A stretch of 64,000 nucleotides of DNA from a virus. Taxonomy: Duplodnaviria > Caudoviricetes. Below, piece after piece: positions 46,371 through 55,610 of the stretch (positions are counted from its first letter, which is position 1; each line of letters begins with the position of its first letter). A program made the position numbers and the translations under genes. Where the stretch lies: IMG/VR virus record IMGVR_UViG_3300025892_000008. One strand, 5' to 3'. The notes beneath the pieces were generated by a model. That model saw nothing but the letters and a program-made list of their open reading frames with translations. It searched no databases and had not been told where the DNA came from.

Positions 46371-47401
46371 TGGAAACAGGAATAGTTACTTGGTTTAATG
46401 ACGCAAAAGGTTTTGGATTTGTAAAAACTGATAGGGGCGATGACATCATCTGCGAAAAATGGCATATGATAACCGAACCAAGAACACTAAAAGAAAGACA
46501 GAAAGTTTCCTTTAACAGATTCCCTTACAAGGGCAAGGAACATGCAGGCGAAATATCAGTACTAGAAGATGATGCAGTTCCAGCACCAGTATTAAATATG
46601 TCACAGGGCAGAGTATACTGCGAGGAACCACTGATAGTAGTATTTGATAATGCTGTTCCGGAAGATGTGTGTGATGAAATAATGTCTAAGCACATTGCTG
46701 ATGGAATGAATCCAGATAGCGGCAAGCAGAGTCGACAGGAAAGTTATACACAAGTTACTGAAGAAGTAGAACAGCGTGGCATTAGTTTAGGAATGGATCC
46801 ACATCACTATAACATCATTGCAAACGCAATTGTGGAGAATTGTGGATTTCCACACTCGCATATTGAAGCAATTGATATCTATAATTATGATAAAGGTAGA
46901 TACTTGGATCTGCATCACGACTATCCTTACTTTCCGGACAAGATTAACTATTACTCTCATGGAAGAAATGATAGGGTAGGCACAGGAATACTATACCTTA
47001 ATGATGATTATGAGGGCGGCAGCACATACTTTCCAAAACTGGATATTGATGTGAAGCCAAAGAAAGGTAGCATGCTATACTTCAAGCAGTGCTATAATGA
47101 AGCCGTTAACTGGAGTACCATACACGAAAGCAAGGTAATTACTAACGGAACGAAATGGATAGCCAGTTGCTTTTTTAGTGAAAGAGAAAGGATTGGCTTT
47201 ACAGACAGGGAGAATTTTGTGCCGGAGAAAAATCCAACATTTGATGAACCATTCTATGTTAAGAAGTTTATGGCTATACAGAGAGATAACGTTCGCCTAT
47301 ATCGCAAACTCAAGAATCTAGAAGAAAGCGAATTAAAAAAAGCAATTGAGGAAACACTAGGCAAGGACTTTTTTGATAAACTAGACGATCTACTAAAATG
47401 A
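46370..47401 (+). CDS. Cold-shock domain fused to a prolyl-4-hydroxylase-like Fe(II)/2OG oxygenase (5)
   Basis: TGIVTWFNDAKGFGFV (CSD RNP1); LHHD...ILYLNDDYEGGSTYFPKL...PKKGSMLYF...IHES..I..GTKW; TAATG coupling. Confidence 0.85.
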   Translation: METGIVTWFNDAKGFGFVKTDRGDDIICEKWHMITEPRTLKERQKVSFNRFPYKGKEHAGEISVLEDDAVPAPVLNMSQGRVYCEEPLIVVFDNAVPEDVCDEIMSKHIADGMNPDSGKQSRQESYTQVTEEVEQRGISLGMDPHHYNIIANAIVENCGFPHSHIEAIDIYNYDKGRYLDLHHDYPYFPDKINYYSHGRNDRVGTGILYLNDDYEGGSTYFPKLDIDVKPKKGSMLYFKQCYNEAVNWSTIHESKVITNGTKWIASCFFSERERIGFTDRENFVPEKNPTFDEPFYVKKFMAIQRDNVRLYRKLKNLEESELKKAIEETLGKDFFDKLDDLLK

Positions 47402-47847
47402 AATTTTATATATTAGGCAGCAACAGAGGATTAGGATTACATCTACGCAACGAGTTTGATTGTGTTAGTTTTGATCGGCCTTATAATCTTGCCAAGGACA
47501 TAGACACCATAGTTGAAAAGATTGAATCAGACAGTGTTGTCATACTAAACGCACACGCAGAAGGTAAGCAGATAAAATATGTGGAAGCACTAAAGGATAG
47601 ATGTAGGTTAGTTGTGTGCGGAAGCATAGCATCACAGAAGAAAGATTTTAGCATGCCAATATACAGCCAACAGAAACAGAAGTTAGAAGAGTATGTATTG
47701 GAACAATCCCTACACAGCAAAATGCCAATGCTGTATCTTAGGTTGACTAGCAGTAGTTATAGGAACTATAATTTAATTACTAACACTATTAGATTCTGGT
47801 TAGACAATCCAGACTTTACATTTGCAGGATATAACATAAATGATTAA
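47398..47847 (+). CDS. Truncated short-chain dehydrogenase/Rossmann-fold protein
   Basis: YILGSNRGLG, VILNAH, VVCGS.AS, YSQQK (YxxxK). Confidence 0.6.
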   Translation: MKFYILGSNRGLGLHLRNEFDCVSFDRPYNLAKDIDTIVEKIESDSVVILNAHAEGKQIKYVEALKDRCRLVVCGSIASQKKDFSMPIYSQQKQKLEEYVLEQSLHSKMPMLYLRLTSSSYRNYNLITNTIRFWLDNPDFTFAGYNIND

Positions 47848-48418
47848 TCAGTATAAAGAATTTACATCATGGGTAGATGTTGACAAGTGGAATGGCATTT
47901 GTAGTGAGATCTATAATGCAAAGATTCTCAACGAATCTAGTAACAGAATGACCAAAGAAAAATGGATTCTTGCTGCGTTAAAATTAAGCAATCACAAGGA
48001 TAATATTGACTGGGTTGATTGTTATGATTATGATGTGGTATTCCAAGAATGGAATTTAGGAAAAGTTGAAATTAAGACCGGTAATCATCCCATGTTTAGC
48101 AAGGTGCAGTGCAAACCAAAAGACATTGTTAAACTTAAATTAAAAAATATTTACGAAAGTTCCTATGATAGAGAAACGTTGGATAAGGACTTTGATCACT
48201 TGATGATTGTTAATCTTGCACCTGTGTTCTGTGTAGCGTTCTGTGATTATGCGACTGCAAATAAACATTTGGTTCAGTTAAAAGACGGATTTCTAACAAA
48301 GATACCTATGGATGAACTAACAATAGTGTATAAAGAATCTAATAAATTTACACAGAGTAAGATCAATTTTGATCCAAAAAGTGTTATAATAGGACAGTTG
48401 GAAGAAGCAGGTTACTAG
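47840..48418 (+). CDS. Hypothetical protein, possible PD-(D/E)xK nuclease fold
   Basis: YDYDVVF......VEIKT matches the D...(D/E)xK signature. Confidence 0.45.
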   Translation: MINQYKEFTSWVDVDKWNGICSEIYNAKILNESSNRMTKEKWILAALKLSNHKDNIDWVDCYDYDVVFQEWNLGKVEIKTGNHPMFSKVQCKPKDIVKLKLKNIYESSYDRETLDKDFDHLMIVNLAPVFCVAFCDYATANKHLVQLKDGFLTKIPMDELTIVYKESNKFTQSKINFDPKSVIIGQLEEAGY

Positions 48419-48419
48419 C

Positions 48420-49022
48420 ATGAGTGAAAACAAAATTATTATAACAGGACATACTAAAGGTATTGGTAAAGCAATATTTGATAAATTTACAGAAGTAAGT
48501 TGCCACAAAATTATAGGTATGAGTCGTAGCAATGGCTACGACATAGAAAAAGACTTTGATAAAATAGTTGAAGAGGCAACTGGTGCAGACTTTTTTGTTA
48601 ATAATGCATATAGAGACGGACAGCAGTTAAAACTGTTTCACGCACTAAAAGACAAAGTGAACATGATGGTTGTTATGGGCAGTGTAAGTAGACACTATCC
48701 TGAACTTATTCCTACAGACTATGTACATGATAAACAAGCACTTGCAGAAGCATGCAGGCTAGAAAGTATTAATCCAAACGGCATTCCTATACTGCACCTA
48801 GATCTTAGTTTTATAGAAGGCACTGAAATACAAGGCGACGATACTACAGCGTTCTTAAGCGATTACAACACACCATTAAATGATATTGTTGATACAATTA
48901 TGTTTTGGGCGCAGAAACCTACTATAAGGCAAATTGAATTTAGGTGGAAACTAACTGAACACGTTAGAAAAGAATTAGAACGTATTAATCCTAACTTAGA
49001 CCCATCTAGGGTACAATTCTAA
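48420..49022 (+). CDS. Short-chain dehydrogenase/reductase
   Basis: IIITGHTKGIG, GMSRSNGYDI, FVNNA, VVMGS, YVHDK (YxxxK). Confidence 0.78.
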   Translation: MSENKIIITGHTKGIGKAIFDKFTEVSCHKIIGMSRSNGYDIEKDFDKIVEEATGADFFVNNAYRDGQQLKLFHALKDKVNMMVVMGSVSRHYPELIPTDYVHDKQALAEACRLESINPNGIPILHLDLSFIEGTEIQGDDTTAFLSDYNTPLNDIVDTIMFWAQKPTIRQIEFRWKLTEHVRKELERINPNLDPSRVQF

Positions 49023-49556
49023 ATTAGCATAAAATTTATCAGGGTGTATCTCCCATACAGTTTGATCTGTATGCCTATAATGCACTTCTTTAATTTTACT
49101 TACTACACCTACCTTAGCAAGTGTAGGAAAATATATTGAGTGTACTAGTCTTTGGCTTCCTTCTTTACTTTTGTTTGAAGTTGCATACACTCTGCCTTTA
49201 CCTTTTGTCCACTCTAAACATGCAGGAAGTAAAAACTGATCAGTAAGATTTTGATGTTCAGCACAAAGTCTATGTGCTTTTACTAATCCGTTGTGCGGTC
49301 TTGCATCACCAAACGTACATACCCTTGTAAGTATTCTATAAGAGTTAGGACCCATAACATCATCAAATGAATGTGCGGCAACACTTCCTATAGCAGTATC
49401 GTTTTCGTATAGTATCCATACATTCCATTCACGCTCATTACGAAAACAGTCAATCATTACTTTCTGACTAGCGTTGTTTACAAAACCTCTGCCTTCAGCC
49501 TTAGCATAAAACTCAGACAAGTCTAAGTTTTCATTCCATTCAACTAACTTATGCAT
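48996..49556 (-). CDS. GNAT-like acyltransferase (tentative)
   Basis: WILYENDTAIGSVA...YRILTRVC...FLLPACLEW pattern; start at MHKLVE. Confidence 0.45.
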   Translation of the reverse strand: MHKLVEWNENLDLSEFYAKAEGRGFVNNASQKVMIDCFRNEREWNVWILYENDTAIGSVAAHSFDDVMGPNSYRILTRVCTFGDARPHNGLVKAHRLCAEHQNLTDQFLLPACLEWTKGKGRVYATSNKSKEGSQRLVHSIYFPTLAKVGVVSKIKEVHYRHTDQTVWEIHPDKFYANLELYPRWV

Positions 49557-50241
49557 AGATTGCTTTTGCCTTTTCCATAACTTCATCAGGGAAGTTTGTT
49601 TTAAAACTATCAAATGCTAGTAATTGTATTTGAACATGGTCTGTAGGAGTATTAACATCGATACCTGCCTCTGTCATTTTAGGCAACAAGTCTGCTTGTC
49701 TATCTTCACTGATGTGACTCATTACACTTTTTAAACTTATTGGTAAATCTGTGTCTTTATAGCAGAAAAAATAGTTAATACTTTTTAGTGTTCCGTCTAC
49801 AACAAAATAACTGCTAGGGTGCATACTGTATTTGTACAACCCCAGGTCCTTGTGTGCTTGAATAATATCAAGCATTTGCTCTTCCCAATTATCAACAACA
49901 CTGTAATCTTTACCTTGACAGCCTGCAAGTTCCCACATGTCAGGTCCGTCAATTTTTAAAAACAACTTTCTGTTAACAAAGTCAATGTCTTGTATTTCTG
50001 GCACATGCTGTGGGTACTTCATTTCCATTTGTTGTATAAAGTTAATCTCACGTAACCATTTCGATTCCATTAGTTCAGAATCCACTACTTGATTATGCCC
50101 GCCATGATATTGTTCATCATTATAGTACCATTGGCAAAATGTCTTTTTATCCTTACTAATCAAACTAGTATATATTAGATTATTTCGGCATTGACCTTTA
50201 CCAGGAACTGTGTTATAATAGTATTCAAAGTTGTTACTCAT
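49549..50241 (-). CDS. Protein-kinase-like fold protein with degenerate active site (paralog B)
   Basis: Similar to 44604-45281 (TFC, PEI.DID..N.K..LK, YK..M.P); GLYKYSMHPSSY and INYF replace HRD..N and DFG. Confidence 0.5.
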   Translation of the reverse strand: MSNNFEYYYNTVPGKGQCRNNLIYTSLISKDKKTFCQWYYNDEQYHGGHNQVVDSELMESKWLREINFIQQMEMKYPQHVPEIQDIDFVNRKLFLKIDGPDMWELAGCQGKDYSVVDNWEEQMLDIIQAHKDLGLYKYSMHPSSYFVVDGTLKSINYFFCYKDTDLPISLKSVMSHISEDRQADLLPKMTEAGIDVNTPTDHVQIQLLAFDSFKTNFPDEVMEKAKAIYA

Positions 50242-50270
50242 AGCACTATTTAACGGTAAATATCTACATG
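50239..50270. promoter_or_regulatory. Divergent TAAATA-N5-ATG promoters in a 26-bp gap
   Basis: TATTTA at 50247-50252; TAAATA at 50257-50262. Confidence 0.72.
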
Positions 50271-51083
50271 ATTAGAGGAATTGGCGGAAAGCCTTACATT
50301 AACTTAGATTCACACCTAGACATTTCGTCTTTCAAAGATCTGCATCCTGAGATTGCTAGAGGTTTTGCATTAGCAAGAGATTATGCAAAAGAAGGTACTT
50401 GGATGGCCCCTGGCTTTGAATGGAAGGATAGCAGTTATATTCTTAATTGGAAACCAATTTACAAAGCATGGAACGAGTATCAAGCATTAGATGATAATGA
50501 TCCTATTAAAATTGAAGGTAACAAAATATTACCTACAGACTTTAGCGATTACAAACAGCGTAATATATTCACACGCTATTTAAAAGCAACAATGGGTGCT
50601 AATGATCCATACATTTACTACTTCCTTTGGAATGAAGGTGACTGGAATGAACGTAACGCTGAAAGACAAAAGACAGAAGAAGCAAGTTATTTTCCAGGTG
50701 TAGTTGAGTGGGTAGAAAATTTACAAACACAAGGTATTATTGATCGGATAGGTAGAGTTATTTTCTTTCACTGCGATCATAATGGCAGAGCATTTGAACA
50801 TAGAGACCTAGATGCAGATAACGGAGTACATGATGATAAGCAATATAGTCCGCACAATAATGAATTCATACATATACGCTATCGCACAAAGAGAGGATTT
50901 TATATTTGGGATCCAGAGAGCGAGAACAAACATTACTTAAACTGTAACGCTGCTTTTTGGAATGACCAAGACTGGCACGGTGGCGAAAACAGTGTAGAAG
51001 TTGAATACGGTTTACGCATTGACTGCAAATTTACAAACGACTTTAGAAAGAGGCTAGGGATTGATCATCTCAAAACATATTAG
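50268..51083 (+). CDS. Fe(II)/2OG oxygenase-like protein 6
   Basis: GRVIFF...FEHRD...FWNDQDWHGG....Y.LRID (HxD...H...R). Confidence 0.65.
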   Translation: MIRGIGGKPYINLDSHLDISSFKDLHPEIARGFALARDYAKEGTWMAPGFEWKDSSYILNWKPIYKAWNEYQALDDNDPIKIEGNKILPTDFSDYKQRNIFTRYLKATMGANDPYIYYFLWNEGDWNERNAERQKTEEASYFPGVVEWVENLQTQGIIDRIGRVIFFHCDHNGRAFEHRDLDADNGVHDDKQYSPHNNEFIHIRYRTKRGFYIWDPESENKHYLNCNAAFWNDQDWHGGENSVEVEYGLRIDCKFTNDFRKRLGIDHLKTY

Positions 51084-51087
51084 AAAC

Positions 51088-51588
51088 ATGGAGTGGATAG
51101 GTAACTTTAATAAGGACCTGAGTAAAGACCTTAACGACCTTGTGATGATTACAGAAGGACAAGCTCGTCCTGGTGACTGGAAACCTGTAAACGAAGTTGA
51201 AAAAGCACTTTGGGAAAAAGGAAAATCCGCACTAGATTTTAGTAAGACAATGTGGTATGTATACGAACAACAAGACCTACAAGTAGATTTAAAATTTCCT
51301 TGGACAGAAGGTAAATGCCATTGGTGGATTACTAAACTGCTACCTGGGCAAATGATGCCTATGCATACGGATCCACATACTCACGATGACCAAAACTGTA
51401 AACGTTACTGGGTACCTTTACAAGATTATGTTCCTGGGCACGTTTTTATATACAATAATGTAATGGTATCAGATTACAAAAGAGGTGATGTGTTTCAATA
51501 CTCACATTCGCAAGACGAACACGGTGCTGCTAACCTTTCTTTTGTTCCAAGAATAGTATTGCAAGTGACTGAATATCCATGCCATTAA
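51088..51588 (+). CDS. Fe(II)/2OG oxygenase 7
   Basis: LLPGQMMPMHTD...DEHGAAN....RIVLQV. Confidence 0.78.
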   Translation: MEWIGNFNKDLSKDLNDLVMITEGQARPGDWKPVNEVEKALWEKGKSALDFSKTMWYVYEQQDLQVDLKFPWTEGKCHWWITKLLPGQMMPMHTDPHTHDDQNCKRYWVPLQDYVPGHVFIYNNVMVSDYKRGDVFQYSHSQDEHGAANLSFVPRIVLQVTEYPCH

Positions 51589-52211
51589 CAATAGGATTTT
51601 ATGGTGATAGTTTCTGCTGCGAAACATCTAACCCACACAGCATTGCAAAAGGTTATGATACCTATATTGAAAAACTAAAAACACACCACGATGCAAAAAT
51701 TACCAACCTAGGGTATGGCGGAAGCTCAGTGTGGGACGTTATATTAAAACAGTTTGATGAAAGTGATGTACCTGATATTTGTATTTTTTGCTGGACAGAC
51801 TATAATAGGTTGTATGATACTAAACTTAGAAACATTACAAAAGGCAGCATTGAAAACAAACAATGGAAGGATTATTCTTTTAAAGATTTATTCTTTCATA
51901 AAAAAATTAATGCAGCAGCAGAATATTTTAAATATTTACACGACTACGAAAAAGCAGGAGTTGAACAAAAAGCAGCACTGCAATACTTTGACCTAAATGT
52001 ATTAAGCAAAGTAAAAAGTAAAATAATCCATATGTGGAGTTTTAAAAAAACATATAATTGGAAGCATGGAGTTGAAATAGAAACTCCTTTATATAATTTT
52101 GTTAATAAAGATGCAAACGGATTTGAAACATGGGCAGCGAACCATATAGGCGGCGATAAAAATAATCAAGATATTTTTGAGTTAATTAATGCCCAGCATC
52201 GGCTTTCATAG
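51579..52211 (+). CDS. SGNH/GDSL-hydrolase-like protein
   Basis: GFYGDSF block I, NLGYGGSS block II, C-terminal ANH. Confidence 0.7.
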   Translation: MPLTIGFYGDSFCCETSNPHSIAKGYDTYIEKLKTHHDAKITNLGYGGSSVWDVILKQFDESDVPDICIFCWTDYNRLYDTKLRNITKGSIENKQWKDYSFKDLFFHKKINAAAEYFKYLHDYEKAGVEQKAALQYFDLNVLSKVKSKIIHMWSFKKTYNWKHGVEIETPLYNFVNKDANGFETWAANHIGGDKNNQDIFELINAQHRLS

Positions 52212-53280
52212 TAAAGTTAATTTTCACATCAGAAACCGCATCAAGTTTATTAAGTAATTTGTTTTGTGCTGTTAGCCTTTGTTCTAAACTATACTTTGCT
52301 GCTGTACCTTCATAACAGAATATGTTAGATAAGTTGACTAATGTTTTTAGGTTAACCTCTAAGTAGTTTATAAGGTTCTGTTCTTCAAGTAAATTAGTAT
52401 ACACAAACAAATAATCTATGCCGTCCTTACGTGGGCATGTTTCTTTCCAGTGGTCTAGTGCTTTTTTATTATAGTCATAAAATACTACACGCCCTTTATC
52501 TATTAAGTCTAAGTACAATGTCCCACTAGCAGGTAGCACAACTTGTTCATACTTTTCTGTAATACCAGTTGTCCATTCTGTGTTGTCAGTATGTACGAAT
52601 TCTTCCTCGCAGTATTTTAATTTGTGATCAATGTGTTCTTTCTGTTTTAAAAAGTCCTCTGTGCTTTCAGGATAGTAATGTCGTTTGTTATTACGAATAC
52701 TATCGTCAAATACAACAACAGGCAAGTTCCATTCAAATGCTACTTTTAACAGATTCCAACCATGACATCTATTAGCATACGTAACTTGTTTGTATCCTTT
52801 TGCTACAGTTATAGGTGTATAGTCGTCGTGTATGTTGTTTATGCTGCGTTTAGGTTCTAGTTGGGTATGTACTATGTCTTTTTCTAAAGCGCCTACTGTA
52901 GGGCGTTTAAATGCGTTATAGGTATCCATATTAATTACATAACATTGATGATGCAGTTCATAATAAGCATCGTGCATAGTACGATCTAATACATGTCCTG
53001 CTAGAAAAAAATCTTGTTCTACTAGTTTATCTAGTGCTTCAAAGAATGCAAAGCCGTTAATAAATTCTGTGCCAGGACTCATTACTACTGCATGTTTATA
53101 ACCTTTTAGATTTTGTAATAGTTGATCTTCGTCTTTACCTATGTTTACTGTGTAGCCTTTAGTACGCAAATTGGATATTGTAAAGTCAACAATATTTCTA
53201 ATAGTCTGTTTAATGCTATCGTTTTCATATGTATCTATATCATCTACGATACAAAATGCTAGTTTCTTATTCAAGTCCAT
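52186..53280 (-). CDS. Hypothetical protein; possible GT-like N-terminus and Rossmann-like C-terminus
   Basis: TAAATA-N6-ATG start; VVLPASG..YL and VFYDYN resemble SAM-binding motifs (weak). Confidence 0.45.
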   Translation of the reverse strand: MDLNKKLAFCIVDDIDTYENDSIKQTIRNIVDFTISNLRTKGYTVNIGKDEDQLLQNLKGYKHAVVMSPGTEFINGFAFFEALDKLVEQDFFLAGHVLDRTMHDAYYELHHQCYVINMDTYNAFKRPTVGALEKDIVHTQLEPKRSINNIHDDYTPITVAKGYKQVTYANRCHGWNLLKVAFEWNLPVVVFDDSIRNNKRHYYPESTEDFLKQKEHIDHKLKYCEEEFVHTDNTEWTTGITEKYEQVVLPASGTLYLDLIDKGRVVFYDYNKKALDHWKETCPRKDGIDYLFVYTNLLEEQNLINYLEVNLKTLVNLSNIFCYEGTAAKYSLEQRLTAQNKLLNKLDAVSDVKINFTMKADAGH

Positions 53281-53311
53281 GGCAAATATTTATGGCATAA
53301 ATATTGGTATG
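53278..53311. promoter_or_regulatory. Divergent TAAATA promoters (N6 on -, N5 on +)
   Basis: TATTTA at 53287-53292; TAAATA at 53298-53303. Confidence 0.7.
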
Positions 53312-53956
53312 AACATAGAATTGATAGATTTAAAGCAATATAAAGACTTTTCAAAGTTAACACCTTTTATTGAAAGTTTCAAAGATTTTGACATAAATGC
53401 AGCAATAAAGTTTTTGGAAGATAAAAACGTAAAAGACACAGAGGATATGGATGCCGAATACTGGCATCATGCTGTTGGTACTGAAAGCGGAACAACATAC
53501 ACAAGTAATTGGATCATGAAAGAAGAGGATGAAGAATATCTTGATGATCCTGATGACTTCAAAGGTGTATGGAAATACGTAAAATTTTATTCCCCTAAAG
53601 AATTCGTTCCAGATTTTCTACAAGAATATTTTAAAAAACATATTGATGCGTTGGCGTTTGATTATGAGGTTGAACTACATAGCCTTGCAAGTGGAGCAAG
53701 AATAGAGGATCATGTAGATAAGCCAGGAGTTCCTGTAGGCGAGTCGTCTAACAGAAACTTAGTTATTAGTTTGCAATATCCTAAAGGGTTGCCACCTGAT
53801 ACTATAGGTGTTCATGTAGACAATAAAGCATTTACTCCAGAAGCAGCACCAGTGTTTATGTTTGACTCACAGTACCTACACGGTGCATGGAACAACTCAG
53901 ACGAGCCTTGGGTGTTTGCTGTAGTTTATATTCCTAGTGATAAGATAGATTTATAA
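53309..53956 (+). CDS. Fe(II)/2OG oxygenase 8 (Asp/Asn beta-hydroxylase-like)
   Basis: LASGARIEDHVD...FDSQYLHGAWNNSDEPWVF. Confidence 0.78.
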   Translation: MNIELIDLKQYKDFSKLTPFIESFKDFDINAAIKFLEDKNVKDTEDMDAEYWHHAVGTESGTTYTSNWIMKEEDEEYLDDPDDFKGVWKYVKFYSPKEFVPDFLQEYFKKHIDALAFDYEVELHSLASGARIEDHVDKPGVPVGESSNRNLVISLQYPKGLPPDTIGVHVDNKAFTPEAAPVFMFDSQYLHGAWNNSDEPWVFAVVYIPSDKIDL

Positions 53957-54955
53957 TCTATTTTTTGCGTACTTAGGTAGTACGTTTTGTTCATTTTGTT
54001 TTACTTGATTAATATTTTTAGGACACATATTACAAGCATCTATATGTGAGTAGTGTGTATTATAAAAATTGTTTATAGATTCTTGATCATTAAGTGTTAG
54101 ATCTACAGGCTTGTAATTTAAGTAAGGTTGCCAATCTTCATCATCTAATTGATTTGTTTTTGTTAGTACATTTTTAAGTGTGCCTAATGCTCCGCACTTG
54201 TAAACTTTTTTGTTAATTAGCATTGCACAAAAACAACTAGGGCAGCCTTGCCAATATGATGATTCAGGATCTCCTTGATTAAAAGGTTTTAGTTTTCCTA
54301 ACTCATTCCTGTTATGTATTTTTTGAAAACTATGAGCTTCCATATAGTATATGCCACTCTTTCCATTCATCCATGCTGCTTCGTTAGGTGACTCTTCCAT
54401 TGTTATGTCCATGCCTTTACGCTTATTAAATTCTTGCCACGCAGCATTGCCGCCACCTAAATTCATTATAGCAGACCACCAACTATTTGTAGGTTCGACT
54501 TTATCATATCCTACACGGTCTGCAAGATCGTATACATTTTCTAACATTTGATTATGCTTTGCTAAAACGTCCCATGCTGCTACATGACTACAAATTTGCA
54601 TCCATACATTATGTTTTGTAATTAACTCTACAGCAAGATCCATTACCTTTGGTTTGTTTAGTGCAATACCATTAGTAGGAAAGAAAATAACTTTATCTTT
54701 TTCTTTTTCTAAACTTCGAATATGTTCAATAATTGCTATAACTGTATCTGTGTATAAGAAAGGTTCTCCGCCTAACACACTCCAACAATCTACATTAAAC
54801 TGTTGGCTAGCAAGTGTAACACTTTCTAAAATGTTATCAAGTGTAGGATCAAATTCTCCGTGTCGTATGTAGTCACTTCTTGTATCACAGTGAGCACAAG
54901 CAAGTTGGCATTTGTTGCCGTAGAATATATCTAATATTTTAATACTATCGTTCAT
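53951..54955 (-). CDS. Radical SAM protein 8
   Basis: CQLACAHC, VLGGEP, PTNG, C-terminal GCP..C....YKC...CNMCP. Confidence 0.88.
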   Translation of the reverse strand: MNDSIKILDIFYGNKCQLACAHCDTRSDYIRHGEFDPTLDNILESVTLASQQFNVDCWSVLGGEPFLYTDTVIAIIEHIRSLEKEKDKVIFFPTNGIALNKPKVMDLAVELITKHNVWMQICSHVAAWDVLAKHNQMLENVYDLADRVGYDKVEPTNSWWSAIMNLGGGNAAWQEFNKRKGMDITMEESPNEAAWMNGKSGIYYMEAHSFQKIHNRNELGKLKPFNQGDPESSYWQGCPSCFCAMLINKKVYKCGALGTLKNVLTKTNQLDDEDWQPYLNYKPVDLTLNDQESINNFYNTHYSHIDACNMCPKNINQVKQNEQNVLPKYAKNRL

Positions 54956-55610
54956 TCTGTTTTCTATAACTTCTTGCTATAAGTTCAACAAATTCATCTT
55001 TACGTTTACCTGGTATTCCATGTGCTATTAAGTGTATTCTAGGTGTGTTAGAATTGTTAACAAAACTATGCACGTTTCTTATATTAATTATAAAAGCCTT
55101 TCCTTCTTTAAAAGGAACAGTACCATGTCCTTCAAGGGTCATATGACAATCGTCTGGGTGAATAATTGCTATGTTAATAGGTACTCCAAACTCAAGCATA
55201 TCTAAATTTTCTTCACCTGGTAACTTTCCAGGAGCATCACTGTGCGGACTTATTTTGCCGCCAGGTTCAAGTTGCATAAAACGTATTCTTCTATAGCGTT
55301 CATATGGAAACAATTCCCAAAAGCCTTTGATGCTAGGTGTATGCTCACTTATACTAGTCCATTTGTAAGGAACATCTTCTTCTCTTTCATAGCCGTAGTT
55401 TGTCCAAGCACCAGTTTTATCCACATCAATGCCATGTATGCAACTACTGTTCCATCCAGGATGTTCTCCGCCTCTATGATCTACAAATTTTGCAGCGGCA
55501 GTTTCCTTTTTCCATACGTCTAAATTGAACTCTATATCTAATTCAAGCCAACCAAAATTGCTTCTATTCAGTAACCAATCTGCAACTTCGTAGTCATTTT
55601 GTGCTATCAT
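54945..55610 (-). CDS. Fe(II)/2OG oxygenase 9 (Asp/Asn beta-hydroxylase-like)
   Basis: RIRFMQLEPGG.ISPHSD...NVHSFVN....RIHLI. Confidence 0.82.
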   Translation of the reverse strand: MIAQNDYEVADWLLNRSNFGWLELDIEFNLDVWKKETAAAKFVDHRGGEHPGWNSSCIHGIDVDKTGAWTNYGYEREEDVPYKWTSISEHTPSIKGFWELFPYERYRRIRFMQLEPGGKISPHSDAPGKLPGEENLDMLEFGVPINIAIIHPDDCHMTLEGHGTVPFKEGKAFIINIRNVHSFVNNSNTPRIHLIAHGIPGKRKDEFVELIARSYRKQNER

